Origin: Nageia nagi
Lineage: Eukaryota > Plantae > Pinophyta
Reading direction: 5' to 3'
Length of the DNA stretch: 64,000 bases
Assembly: GCA_050084985.1 (NCBI GenBank)
Contig: JBITNC010000001.1
Span: 28,954,001-29,018,000, forward strand
Within the stretch, counting starts at the first letter, position 1; the number at the start of each line of letters is the position of its first letter. Of this stretch, positions 26,560 to 41,236 are shown in pieces. The position numbers and the translations under genes were made by a program. The notes beneath the pieces were generated by a model that was given only the letters and a program-made list of their open reading frames with translations, ran no database searches and was not told the origin of the DNA.

Positions 26560-28500
26560 AATGAAAATGCACATCTTAATACTAACCCTATAGCTAAGAA
26601 AACTCCAAAACAAAAAAGACTTGGTAGATCAAAGGTGGTTCAATAACGAAGTGAGAGAATTCATATCAAACAACCATCTACCAATGTACAAGGGTAGATA
26701 ATCAAACATACTAGTGAAAATGCTTCAGATAAAGATAGTTTTATAGATAGCTCTAATAGTTTAGCTAAAATAGTAAATCAAAGTGTTTCAAATAATATTG
26801 GATATCAAACCCTACCAAATCAATAAGCTCCTATTACAACCGAAGAAGATATCATTTCCCAATTGAGTGATGATGATAGGTTCATCAAGCTTTCAATGGA
26901 TTTCTAATTGATGAGAAAGCTTATGCAGTTGATGCACTTGAAGATGAGCAAGTGGTAAAGCAATGCAAGTTATGGTATTATAAAATGTACAAGGAGAACA
27001 TACCTCCCAATTCCATGACTCTCACACCAGATAACATGAATTTAGCATTCTTCACAAACAAGTCTACACCTATGCTAAATTCCCATCCATTTATCCTTTC
27101 AAATGCTATTGCATATGCTCACATCAACATCAGTGCTAACCTTAGCACAGATGCTACACCTCAAGTATAAATAGTAGTCATAGTTCCTCCAATAGTCTCT
27201 TTTCCAAATATAGATCAAAGAAATCAACAAAATCTTATCAATATAATCCATAATGTCAATGAGAAACTTGCTCAACCTACCACATTACAAGATTTTCTTC
27301 ATTAGGAAGCTTAGGTTGATAGTGTAATACCAAAATATAATGTTGATGGTGTAGCTATACAAGTTGAACAAAATAAATAGGATGAGCAGGTCCCATACTT
27401 TGATGAGGATACAAGTATCTTCATTGAAGATGAGTATGGTAAAGAATGTCCTGCAAAGTATGAAGAAATCAACAAGATTCTAGCAGAGGTTGATACATCA
27501 TATCCAGATTTGTCATAGGATGATAATAGGATCATATCCAAATTTCTTCATTTAGTAGATGAGCTTGCTATTGTAGACATGAATATACTAGAGAAGATAT
27601 CATATTATAGATGCTTACTTCAAAAATTTCAAAATGATTATAGGAATAAGATAATATTATTTTAGCTCAAAAATAAGCAACCATTCCATTGTACTTGCAT
27701 AGATGAGCAAAAATATCAAGAAGAGATTGATAAATTACTTGCTCAAGGCATGGACTCAAGAAGAGAATGACATCAAATGTGCGGAATTACTAAATTATAA
27801 TAGGGAGCACATGATATTGATGCCTCACAGTGATAGAGAATGGTTTGTTTTTTCAACTTTGCACAATAGCATTCATGATAAAAATGATAAAATAGGAGCT
27901 TTCAAAGTCTTCAAGACTAGACAACAATTTTGAACATTTAAAGAAGGACAACATTTTGAATAACCATTAGAAAATACAAGGTAAACTATTCAAGTAGTTA
28001 TACAAGAATCACCCTTGGAAAGAACATTTCCAATGATATATCTAGAAAGATTTCAGGGCCTACAACAACAAGTCTTGAAAATAGCAAAATCTCAAGATTT
28101 AGATCATCAACAAAATGAAGATAACAATCACTTGTGTATGCGAATTAGATCCACTATATTACATTCTAGCAAAGAGTTAAAATTCATAAAATTTAATGGC
28201 ACTATTGACCCTTGTCTTCATGTATGTATTTTTTTTTATGAAGTCTCCTTAACCACCATGGATGAGGACTTGCATGTGAAGCTATTTCCTTTATCTCTAA
28301 AAGGAGAAGTTATAAAATGGTTTAGCAAGTTATCACATGCTAGCATTAACAGTTTTGCACAATTGGAGATTACATTTTGTGATCATTATAAGATTCACAT
28401 TGTCAAAAAGGTTATATTCAGTGATTCAATATTTGATTGATCAAAAGAAGGCATTTTTTTTGAAACCTAAATCAAATGATCAACAAAAGTAATTGCGAGG
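26560..28500 (+). mobile_element. Ogre/Tat-like gypsy remnant: low-complexity upstream ORF region and gag
   Basis: KFNGTIDPCLH…KLFPLSLKGEVIKWFSKL..ASINSFAQLE..F..HY (28015-28440) is a Retrotrans_gag motif of non-chromovirus elements. Confidence 0.75.
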
Positions 28501-30499
28501 TCCTCAACATGAGAAGAATAAGAACATGGGAATCTTCAAAAATCCATTCCTAAATTTCATCAAGGCTAAATCATCAAATATGAGCATCAACTTTGTGTGT
28601 AATCTTACCCCAACATGGTGAAAAGATACACATTGTTGCTCTTGCTCTTATCATTTATAGTTATTTTGATGTATAACAATAGTATAAGTATCTTTATTTT
28701 GGTTTTATGGCTAAACATCCACTAGAACTTTGCATCCGTGCTAGGATGTAATACCCATATCCATCACCTTAACCACATTGGGGGCATCTACTAAATACCA
28801 TAAACCAATCCCCCATATCCCTTTATAACCCAACACGATTGCTAAGATCAGCACACATATTAGTCTTCCTGTATAATATCTAGAAATCAATAGTTCCTTA
28901 AGGTTACCCATGGCATCTTAATGGTCATATCCAATACATGAACATATCTCCTTACTACTTACCAAGAAAAACATAGCTAGGTATCTTTTGACAACTTTGC
29001 CTTGATGTCCAATTGACACTTTTTCTAACCTATCATCATTTGTTTTTGTTTAAACTTTGAGGGAATGTCAAATTGGTGATAAAGAGGTCATACCTAGAAT
29101 CATTCCTATCTATCATGCCAACATTCACATTGGGTTCCTTTCCACCTTTTTAACATAGTCAAAATATTTTCATCACCTACCAATTGTAGTAGTTATTTAA
29201 ACATAAATTCACTTTACAATTCAATCATAATGTTGCCTTTTGCACTTAAGTACATTTTTTCCTTAAAAGTCTCATCATGCAGTCATGATAAAATATTAGT
29301 TTTAGGTATCCAAAACATAAATTTCTGATCCTACCCATCATCATGATCTATTAAAACAAAATCAAAACCTTTAATTCCTCAAAAACATCAACACTCGTGT
29401 TGTGTTCCCTTTTGTTTTTTTTTTAATATTTAAGTTCCTTAGTGTAATATTTGGTTAATTTCATTCATGAATCATCCATAACAATACATAATTAACCATT
29501 TCACTTACATTATCAACTTAAAAAATAAAATAATGTCTTCAATTAAAAACCATATAGTCATCCATAACCATTCTAGAGCATATTTAAGCATAAATAATAA
29601 TATATCTCAAATATATTAATAAAAAAAGGTGATACATTAATGTCTTTCTAACGAACCACATCCATACATCCAACCTAGTTCATCAGTCACCTATGTTAAC
29701 AATACCAATGGTACCGCAGGGGCTTCTAGCACTCCTAAAGCTCTTAGATCTAGAGATTGTCCTACTCAAACTAGGCCTCTTTATCCTAGTTTATTCCTAT
29801 AGTGCTACAAGTTGTGCTTGAAGGTGTTCCTTCTCATTGGTCAAGTCTTCAATCTTATTGTTATGTTCTATTCTAGCACTTGGTCCATCATACCAAGGAA
29901 GTTGTTTTCATTAGATGCCTCATGCATATTCCACAAAGTCTCCATAATCTACTTCAAGGCTATCAACCTAACCTTCAATCCACCGATTTCCCCATCCTTG
30001 GTGGCAACCTCTTCCCTTAGGCTTGTTAGTGCATCCTTTGCATGTTGCCCTTTTGTCTTCTCCAAGTCTAGGCCCAATTTTATTTGATCTACAAAATCAA
30101 AATAAAGCATACATGTTAGTCATATTATTTTTTGTAAGTACTAACTTATAGGTACATAAAGAAGCACATTAACTCAATTCATTTTCAAGCTAATGTTGGG
30201 TATCCATAATGTGAATACCAATGGGCACATCACATCCACCCTTCCCCTCTTGCTATGATGGATCCTCCATCTACATATCTTGTTCCTCCTCCTCATCATC
30301 ACCTTCTTCTTCCTCTTCCTCATCTACCTCACCTTCTGCTTCCTCTACCAATTAAACCATATAAACCAAGTGGATCTAATCTTTCTCCAACCCACCATGC
30401 CAAGTACTCCTAGTCAAATTGAGGCCCATATGGTGCCTCAACACTCTCATCATTTGAATCACTCCCCAAGCTATAGTCTTGGTGAGGGTGCCACTCCTC

Positions 30500-31600
30500 T
30501 TCTCGCTTGGGAGGAGTCTTGAATAGATTAGGTTCATGCACCCTATATCTACCAATCTGCACAGCAAACTTGTATGTCAAAGAAATGCCTTACCTTTTAC
30601 CAAATTATCTCTTCACCCTCTCTAGTCTATAGGGCTCCATAAAGGCCTTCCTTATCTGTAAATATCAAGGTATTCATTACCAATCCAATTCACCCCCTAG
30701 CTTAATTTTCCATTGTGGAAAACTTGTGTAAGGTCTATAAATAACATCTCTTGCAAACCCAAAAGTTATATGTTAGAATCCTTTCTTAGCAAAGTTAACC
30801 AAAAACTAAAACTTGTATGGTAAATTACTTATCATCCATCAAGCCATCAATAAATTTTTGGTATGCATTCATGGTCTTATGCACCCATGTAATATTATCC
30901 ATTCTAGCCTACCTATACCATATGGGATGATAAGAAGCTATGTTATACATAGGAAGCTCTCTCAGCCAAACCATTGCAATATCCTAGTAAGCCCAACAAG
31001 GTAGCATAAATGAGTGTGCTACCCTCTTCCCACTCTTTTACATCATAACAAAATTGTGCAAGTCATGATAAATCTGGGCTATTATGTATGGATCCCAAGC
31101 ATATTGATTACCCTAATTCATTTGGTAGACTACATGTACTAATACAAGTTAAAATACCTTATGATTCTTATCCAGATAGATAATGTTGTCAATACAAGTG
31201 ACCATATTCAACTGCACTCTCTTGAATATTTTCATCTTGCCTTTGAAGGCATGATGAAACTATGCACCCCTCTTGCCTTCATGATACTCCTCAAGTCTAG
31301 TTAGCCACTTTATAGTAGCCTTGCATTATGCATCAATCATCCCCTCCTTAAAGTAAATGGGATGCCCTTTTACGGGTACCCATAAAATTCTATGTATATC
31401 CTCTAGAACAATGATTATTTCACTAGTAGGAAGGTGAAAGGTATTGATCCTCTCAGACCACCTCTCCATCAAGGCTATGAGCAATTCATTATCAACCTAC
31501 TCATATGAAGCATAAATAAGGTACTATTAATAGGATTTGTGTAATAATCACATTCCTATATATCACTAACAAAGTATCATCCTATGGAAAGAATCACTCA
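30500..31600 (-). pseudogene. Decayed plant mobile domain (PMD, aminotransferase-like) ORF, transposon-associated
   Basis: Minus strand NELLIALMERWSERINTFHLPTSEIIIVLEDIHRILWVPVKG (~31370-31490) and QYAWDPYIIAQIYHDLH (~31060-31110) match PMD motifs. Confidence 0.82.
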
Positions 31601-32988
31601 AGGAGTAATTCAATATCTAGAGCCAAGCGATTCTACCTTTTTTTATTTGATCAAACTCTTATCTAAGGATAAGTTGCAGAAAGAAATAAAAGGGTATAAG
31701 GAACCTGAAAGAGATAAAAAGATAAGGTGCTAAAAAGAGAGAAACACTAGCGACCAACCCATACATCCATTAAAGTAGGCCTATGTTACTTGAAGCATCC
31801 ATACTATTAGCCATGAAGATAAAGAATGACATTATAAGCCACCAAAACTTAAATGAATGCTTTGTAGATATAGATCAATTACTAACTTAATTCAACATTC
31901 ACACAGTGCATATAAACATATAACACAATAATTTAAGAACAAGATGAAGTAAGTCATAATTGAGAGATCAAGAAGCTTAATTCATTAAGTAATAGGAAGA
32001 AAGTGCAAGCTACATCACAAGGGAAAAATATTTGTGTTATCCGACCATTCATACGTTGATCAAGGAGGTATATATAGTCTTTGATCATCAAAATATTTAC
32101 TAACAAAAATAACTAACTAGTCACTATGACATCATCTTTTATATACAATAATAATTATCATCAACTAAAGAGAATATAACTACAATTATTACAAAAATCC
32201 AACTAAGATATTCTTGCCAACTCATTTGCCATGTCATCTTGAAAAATTCCTAGCATTAGTGGGTCTAGTTAAGGTTGTTGGGGCATATTTCTACTTAGCC
32301 ACTTCTCGAACTTCAATTCTGATCTCGATGCATTTAGATGGTGTAGAGGATCTAATTTTCCTACATTTTGGTAAAATTACTTTTTCCTTAATATTGCCTC
32401 ACTTCAACTAATTTGGACCATATAATTATATCTTACAAAATTCCTGCACTTTAGTATTATATTTGGGAGTTCAATTTCCTTGTATTTTAGTATAACCAAA
32501 TTCCTTATAATGCAAGTGGGTTCTAATAACAACAAAACTTGTACAATATTCTTGCACTTTGGTAGAACTCATCTCTTATCAATCTCTCAAGGTTTTGGTG
32601 ACATTAATCATCATATAACATCTTTACACTCTAATGGAGTTAAATTATCACCAACATATCCAAACTCCAACAAAATCCATCTTCTTACTTTACTAAGTAT
32701 ATTCCTTCAAAAGCACATAAGTATCAAATAACAAATTTTTATCTTCTTCTTATACCTTCAAAATTAAAAATATGTATACACTCAGTAACCTTTGAGGAAT
32801 TGGTCCATGTATTATTAATAAGGTACCAATTGAGAAGACTCAATATTCTAAATGCTCTAGGTCCAAGCAATGATGGCCATGCTCAACACACCAAATACCC
32901 TTTGTTGTTATGAAGTGGATCCTTGGGGCCATTCTAGACAAAGTCCCTTGTCTATATTTGGTTATTTATCCAACTACTAGGATTAATA

Positions 32989-35900
32989 TGAAAGGGATTA
33001 CTGATCTAGAAGATGATGTTATAGTAAGATGCAAATGGATAAACATAAAAATGATAATCATACAAACTAGTAGATTTACTCTAGAAAAACCCAATATGGG
33101 AAAAACTTTAGTAAAAACAAGAAGGATCAACTCCTTCAATGTTGTATTATAGATCTTATGTACAATCAAACATATTTGCCTTACATATTATAAAAATCTA
33201 TGTTAAACCACAATCTTATACACCCATTGTGTTCTTCATACTATGTTGTATTCAATATTCTTGATTAAAATAATCATAGGTATGATATAATATTTAAAGG
33301 ATAGAGAAATCCCTAAAACCATGGGCTAATATGATACAAAACCATACACCACCCAAAACCATGGTTATCATTAGTATTCAATACCTCCAGTACCATTCTT
33401 AAACCAACAACTAGATAAGCCATGTTATTCACTAAGGGATTGAACCATATCACCTTCAAAAAGTCATCAAACATGTTATTTGCTAAGGGTTCAATCCATG
33501 TTATTCATCAATTTTCCTCAACCATGGAGTTTTCCATGAGTGTTAGCCATATCATCTAACAAAAGTCCTCAACCATGTCACCCATATCTTCTCCATCCAT
33601 GTTGAACAATGGTCCTCATGGCCATGTTAAATAACTAGGATCAACCCATATTGACTACCAAGGGTTTCCATCCATGTCAACTAATAAGGGTTTCCACCCA
33701 TGTCGAATGACAAGGGTAGAACACCATGTGGAATGACATGGGTTCCTGACCTATGTTGAATGGCAAGATACCAATTTCACATGATAAGGATGCAACCCCT
33801 TATTGATCTATAAGGGTGTAGTCTAGGGTTGTTGCTACCCTGATTACTGGGTCAAGATTCCACTACCCTGATATTAGACTAACTATGCATGCCAGTATGT
33901 TGGACCATTTCTAGTCACCCTACTACAAGGATTAACATCTTTACAATGAATGAGGAATACTCAATATTCTCTCATTTGATGAATTATCTATAGATAAATT
34001 CATTAAACCCATTATTTCTCTACATTAACTAAATTTCACTATGCTAATAGGCTTGGTGAGAAATTTATATATATTCTTTAGTGTGTCCTCTTTCTTAAGC
34101 AACACCTTCATTTGTTCAATCATGTCCTTTATAAAATGGTATTGTACATCAATATCATTTGTTCTAGAATGATATACAAGATTTTTGGCAAGAAAAATTT
34201 CACTTTAGCTATCATAATTGATCCTTACAACTTTATGATAGAATTTGATATCATCATAAGGTTTATGTAGCTATATTGATCTTTTTATAGGCCTATGTGG
34301 TTTTCATGTATTCAACTTCAATTGTTGAAAGATTAATAATATAGTTTCATTTACTTATTCAACTAACAACTCCACCAAATATATTAAATACATAACCACT
34401 TGTTGATCTTCTTCGATTAACATCTCCAACCCAATTTGCATCAACGTATCCTTCAATGTTTGAAACCTTGGAGGGTTCTCTCTAAAAGAAGATTATGAAG
34501 TTTGATGTGCCACATGGATATCTAAAAACTTATTTCATAATAATAAAATGTTCCTTTATAGGCTTGGACACGTATCTACTTAGTACTCCCATTGCTTATG
34601 TAATGTCTAACAAGTGCAAACCATGGCATACATCACGATTCTATCAACACTTTCATAAGGGACATATGCCATTTCTTCTTCCTTTGTTCTAGTATTTGGA
34701 TATTGTTTAGCAAAAAAGTTGATACTTAAAATAATAGGTACTAATACAGGTTTAAAGTCCTACATGTTGAATCTCTTAAATATTATTTCAACATACTTCA
34801 CTTGACTTATCGAAAACTTCCTATTGATATGATCTCTTTTGATTAGCATGACCAAGATGAAATGAGTAGGAACAATATATTTCATATAAAACTATGATAA
34901 CATTTGATATTCAATAATTATGATAATTACCATATTATTTCTAACTAATAACATGTCATACACATATAGGGTTACAATAATGAATTTATTTTCAATTTAT
35001 TTTGTATGCACATAATAATCAGCTTGACTTCTAACAAAATCTAAGCCTAAAACATGTATATCAAATTTTTGATACCACATTCTAAGAGAATATTTTACCT
35101 TTCATAATGAATCCTTTTGGTTGATTCATATAAATTTCCTCTTCCAATTCTCCATGAAGGAACATTATCTTTACATCCATTTGCTTGATCTGATGGTTAA
35201 ACATAACAATAATAGAAAATATAAAATGAATAGAAGTTAATTTTGTAATAAGAGATAATATATCACCAAAACTAATTCCCTCAATGTGGTAATAACCTTT
35301 AACAATAAAGTGGGCTTTATATTTCTTCATCATTCCATTTGAATTATTCTTCTTCTTATAGGCCCACTTACAATCGATCGATTTCCTACTCATAGGCAAT
35401 TTCTGAAGATTCCATATACCATTTATTTCCAAAGAATTTATTTCCTCATTCATAACATCTTCCAAAGATCTACCTCTTCATGATTAATCACTTACCTTAA
35501 CATTTTAGGGTCTTCATAAAAAATAGACAAAGCAAATGAGGAGAACAAAATAAGATGGACTATACCTTTCAAGTTCCTTCCTTTCACATGTTAATTTTTA
35601 TATGGGTAGGGTCTTAGGCTCAAGTTTACTTGCTTGAATTGACTTGGAATCTTCCTTCACCTAATCAAACTCAACCTTATTGGGTTGGTCTTCAATTAGA
35701 GTAACTTCTTTATAATCATTTCCAAGCTCTTTAAACACCGCATCCTAACTATAAACTATCTTTTTGGTTTCTAGATTCTAAAAGTTTGTATCCTTTAATA
35801 CCTTCTTTGTAGCTAATGAAGATACACTTAATAGATTTACTAGAAATCTTAACTCTTTTATCCTTTGGAAAATGCATGTCTGCATCACACTTGAAAACTC

Positions 35901-38900
35901 TAAGATGTGATAAGCAAGGTCTCTTTATATACCAAGATTCAAATAGAGTCTATCATCTAGTATTGATGAGGGTGACCTACTAATTAGGTAACATGCAATA
36001 TTCACTGCTACAAACCATAATTATTTCCCAAGATTGACACCATTAATCATGTTCCTTGCCCTATCCATCAATTTCTAATTCATCCTCCATTCTATTTATG
36101 CATATATGGTGTAGTCTTCTACCTTACAATTCTAGATTTTCTATAGAATACTTCAAATTGGTTTGAAATAAAATCTCCACCATTATTATTCCTAAACATT
36201 TTTATCTTCCTTCCCATATATTTTTCTACCAAAGCCTTAAATTCCTTCAATTTCTCAAATACCTAAGATTTATTAGCAAGAAAATACACCCATGCATACG
36301 TTAAAAAATTATTTATGAATAACACATAGTACCTTGACTTTCCAAGAGATCGAGTTGGTACAAGACCTAATACATTACTATGAATCATATATAATACCCC
36401 TTTTTCCCTGGTGACACCAAATGGAAAATTAACATGATTATGTTTATGATATACATAATTTTCATGCAAATCATACCTCTTGGATCAATTAGGGATTCTA
36501 ATAACCACACCTTTTAAGCATAAGAATAACAACCCTTTTTGTCCAATGTGTCCTATTCACTAATGTCAAAGAAGACAATTTTGGTTTGATTCACCTTTCC
36601 ACATAGCAACATTATCAGTGATAATATGACCCAATAGATTGCATAGAGTTCTAAACTATACTGCTCTTGCTATAACCATTAATCCATGCACCATCTTGTA
36701 ATACTTTTTATTAGAATTGAAATGAACACCTGTATTGGTCATCTTACTCATAGAAATCATATTTTAGCAAGATGGAGAATGTGAAACACATTTGTAAGGG
36801 TATTAATCCTTCCATATTTAATTTGGAATTTTACCTTACCATATCCAACCACACTACAAGTCAAATCAATACCAAAGAAGACTTTCCCTCCATCATACTG
36901 ATCAAACACATATAATCAATGTTTATGGGACTCATATAATAAGAGGGACCAATATTAATTAGCTAAATATCATTATCTAATTGAATACCAAAAGATGATA
37001 GATATAAATCTCCTAATTCTTAATTGGATATAAAGGTGGAAGTTTCAGACCCCATTCAAAAATTAAACTTCTTCACTCTGCAATATGTTTTCACATGCCT
37101 AACCTTCCCATACTTCCAATATTTTTTTGCAGACTCATCATGAGATTTTTATCTCACCTTTGACTTGGGTCAATCACTAAATTTATATTTATCTTTTATT
37201 TGGAGCACCCTCTCATATTTAAGGAATACTTGGATGGGCCCTCCATCAATGTTTTTCACATATATTCAGAAAACATGGATGAATTAACATCCTCATATGT
37301 CAATGAAGTTGCAATATTACCAATTGCTATAATTAGGCCTTCCCAAGAATTAGATAGGAAACATAACAAGGTAATACACTTATCTTCACTGACCTTAACC
37401 TCAATTGATGCAAGTTGATTAACCATCATATTAAATATGTTAAGATGGTTGACAATTAAATCTCCCTCACGTTGGAATGTATAATGCATTATTATAAAGG
37501 TTTGTATTAAATATTTTACGTAAGTTCACTAATACTTAAGGGTATCATTTGATACCTTAAGTATTTAAGTGAATATGATAATGTAACTTGTCCTACACTC
37601 CAATTCATGAGCATGCCCCTTGGGTAAAAGGATGTGCATGTCATGCATTTGTACATTGGATAAAAGGGTGATCCAAAGAGGGACTTTGGCCTATAAATAG
37701 AAGGATCCCTCTTTGTGATTACACACCAATTGTGGAGTAAAGTTATGCTATAGGATAGAAGTGTAGAAGTTGAGATTAGAAGAATTGTAAGAGAGTTGTA
37801 TTTGATTTTGAAGTAAAGATCTAGTTAGTGGATGTACTCCTAGTTGGAGGAACCACTTTACATCTTGAGTTACTTTGTGAGATTGTCTTATTTGTGAGAT
37901 TGTTAGATGTGTATTGTGAGCTTTCAAGAGATCTTGGTTGTTTAGGAATTATCTTGTTAGTGTTAGTTCCTTCACATCACTCATCCTTAGGAGATAAAAT
38001 CTTCTTTTGGAGGAACAACTTGTTAATAAGAAATTTATATTGGTAGAAATCCTCCAACTTATCACACAATTATTTGGTTGTGTCTTCTTTTGAAATATTG
38101 ATCATAATTGAATCAACAAGATATAATATAGTTGTACTTCTTTCCTTTTGATCCAAATTCTCCCAATCTTCTACAAATTATTCTAATGGTTTCTTTCCAA
38201 TCACCTTCAACCACTGATCTTCATCTACCAGAAGATCCTCCATTTTAATCTTCCATAATTTGAAGCTCTTGCCATCAATCTTCTCAATCTCAATTCTTGA
38301 ATGATGAGACATCACCATTAAACTTTTAAACAATATTATGATAGATTTTACTATAACACAAATCTTATGCAATCTAGATCTAATTTCTCAAATGAACACC
38401 AAGCTTCAATACCAAATGAAAAGGATTACCAATCTAGAAGATGATGTTATACTAAGATGCAAATAGATAAATACAAAAATAGCGAGTAAATAAATAATAA
38501 ATTTATCCTAGAGAAACCCTATGTGAGAAAAACTCCAACAAAAATAAGGAGATTAATAAACTACTTCAATATTGAGTTATATATCATATGTATAATTAAG
38601 CAAATCCATTTTTCAAATTATACAACTATATGTTAGGCCAAAATCTCATACACTCATTATGTAATTGTATTATTCATACTATGTTATGTTCAAGATTCTT
38701 GATTACAATATTCATACTATGATATAATATGTATAGGACATGTAAATCCCTAAAACCATGGGCTAAAATCATTTTCCCAAAATCATAGGCACCATAATTG
38801 ATATTAAAAACCTCCAATATCATGCTTAAACTAGCAATTGGATAAGCCATATCATTTTCCAAGGATATGAGCTATGTCATCTATAAAGAGTCCTCAACCA

Positions 38901-39349
38901 TATTGTTTGCTAAGGGTATGAGCCATGTCGTCCATTAGGGGTACAAACCATGTTGTTTGCTAAGATTCCTTAATCATGTCATCTATTAAGAGTATCATCC
39001 ATGTCATCTACCAAGATTCCTCAACCATATTGTCCATATCTTGTCCAACCATGTTGAATGACAAGGATTCTTATGATCTATATCGACTAATAAGGATTGC
39101 CCATGTTGATCGATAAGGGTACTTTACCTATGTTGAATGATTGGGGTTTTTACCTATGTCACATGGCAAGGGTACAATCCCTTATTGATTGATAAGGGTG
39201 CATTCTAGGGTAGTTTCCTCTCTTATTCATTGGGTTGAGATTCTCCCACCTTAACACTAGGCTAGCTATGTATGCTAGTATAGATAAACTAGTTCTAGTC
39301 ATCCTACTTGAGGTTGATCATCTCTGCATTGAATGAGGCATACTCAACA
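32989..39349 (-). mobile_element. Full-length decayed Ty1/copia element C (Tnt1/Tork-like); LTRs 32989-33966 and 38417-39349
   Basis: TSD TAATA (32984-32988 / 39350-39354); degenerate iMet PBS at ~38399-38414; gag IEKIDGKSFKLWKIKMEDLL, integrase SLGKSRYYVLFI, RT QMDVKIMFLHGELEEEIYMNQPKGF, RNaseH. Confidence 0.95.
37471..37976 (+). mobile_element. Solo LTR inserted in the gag of copia C
   Basis: TCAC on both sides (37467-37470 / 37977-37980); removal restores gag LRMSEGDLIVNHLN; TATA (ctataaata) at ~37690. Confidence 0.88.
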
Positions 39350-40479
39350 TAATATCACTTAGATCATGATTATTAAAACTTTGAATCTAATGATTGGGTG
39401 GGATGACACTTCTAATACTCATGTTGTTACGTTGCATATGATCATTAAAGAGGAAAAGGATTTAACATATGATTTTAGGTGGAAAAATGAGTTTGTTTTC
39501 CTCACTAATAATTAGAGGTGGGAGGTTGGGAGTGGTCAACTCTAACTTATTAACTTTGTATGTGAATAATTTTTTAAGATGGTTTACTAACATCATTATT
39601 ATTTTATATAGCATACCTTCAAGGCATAAAAAAACTTTTTATATTTTTTAATATAAAATATATAATAGTAAAAGTAATTATAGGGTTAATGTTGTGTTTA
39701 AAGTGACCCCTAAGATGAACCTAGGTAGACATTAAGCAAAAAATTAACATTCAATGATATCTAAATATATAAAATATAACATCGAGGTAACAATAATCTA
39801 AAGTATTCAACAAATATGAAAATATGAATACTAAGACTATCGAAGCATATTTAACCCAATTGAGAAAAGAGACCATGAAAGATAAATACCTGTCAACCTT
39901 ATCTGGATGAATATGCAAATCAAAACTTATTGAATATGTGAATCTTAGGATGTGAAACTTCCAAATAGATGAGATAACTCATACAAAGCAACCCATGTTC
40001 ACATTAATGACTATGCCAGCACTAGGGATGGCATTTGTGCTTAGAGATACATCTATGCCATGATCCCTACAACTAAGCTTTGACAACCAAGATCCAATAG
40101 TAGAATAATAATCGATAAGACTAATCTAGCATATAGTAGTGAAATTACAAAATGATAGTGCTTGTGTGATATCAAATCTCTATCTCAGTAGGTGATGTCG
40201 AAAGACACCTAAATGATATAGTTGAGTGTGACTATTGAGATAAAAATTTGATAGCATACTCATGTAGAATGATCCTCCACTTATAAGTAAGTGAAATCCT
40301 CATTTACACGTTAAAACTTAGCTCGATGCTTGGGTAACTTGCACAAAATAAGAAAATTTAGATGAGAAGATGTTCATAAAGAGCAGATATAAGATATAAC
40401 ATAAATAATGTGATATAATGCCACACTTAATAAGATCACCTAATGGTAGTAAAAATTAAGTGTCAATTCTTAGCAGTTA

Positions 40480-41050
40480 GACCACACAACCCTAGCCACA
40501 AACCTCTCTCTTTATTTATTTATATATATATATATATATAAGAAAGGTTTAGTATTCAAATGTGACTTATTTTTGTTGGCGTGAAGTTCATGCACCTTCC
40601 ATCTATGAAAGATTAGGAAGCTACAATAGAGCTGAAAACTTATTTATTAAACTCCCACATCCATCTTTAAAATCAAAGAGCAATAATTATAGCAATAAAG
40701 TTATAGATCGCAAGTCAAAAGTGAAGCCCTTTTCCCCTCCAAAGTTAGTTGAAGCCCTTAAAGGATTCCTAAAGTGGCCAGCATCATATGTGAAAGAAAA
40801 GCCTAAAAATTAAGAATGTAAATAATTTCCTTCTTTTCTTTCATGTATGGGAGATACATTTGTTGAATTTGAAAATTTGTGAATTTGGTTTTTTTTAAGA
40901 GTTTGAATTGGTTTTTTAATGATTATGATATCCTTTTATCAATGTATCATATTGTGGATTTAAGGTATTCATGCCTATGTTCTATTTATTATCATTTTAT
41001 TTTAGTATAAATAATAAAGGAATGTAAATTTTTTATTTTAGTATAAATAA
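40480..41050 (+). pseudogene. Decayed duplicate of the promoter, exon 1 and intron-1 start of the 44940 gene
   Basis: AENLFIKLPHPSLKSKSNNYSNKVIDRK…LKGFLKWPA aligns with TENLFAGLPPPASESQNNNHSNNALDRK…LKGALKRPA; ATG deleted; premature stop at 40811-40813. Confidence 0.9.
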
Positions 41051-41236
41051 TTTGGCCCTCCAACTCATATTTCTTCTCCTAATGATTTTTCTATCTGAGC
41101 AAACTTATTTTATCTATGGTTGATACATATTGGATAATGTTCTTATAGTATAGGAAGGCACATAATGAGCTTGTTAAACGAATGAATGTACCCCATTTAT
41201 TAAGATTGAAAATATAAAGGCTTACACCTAAATTGA

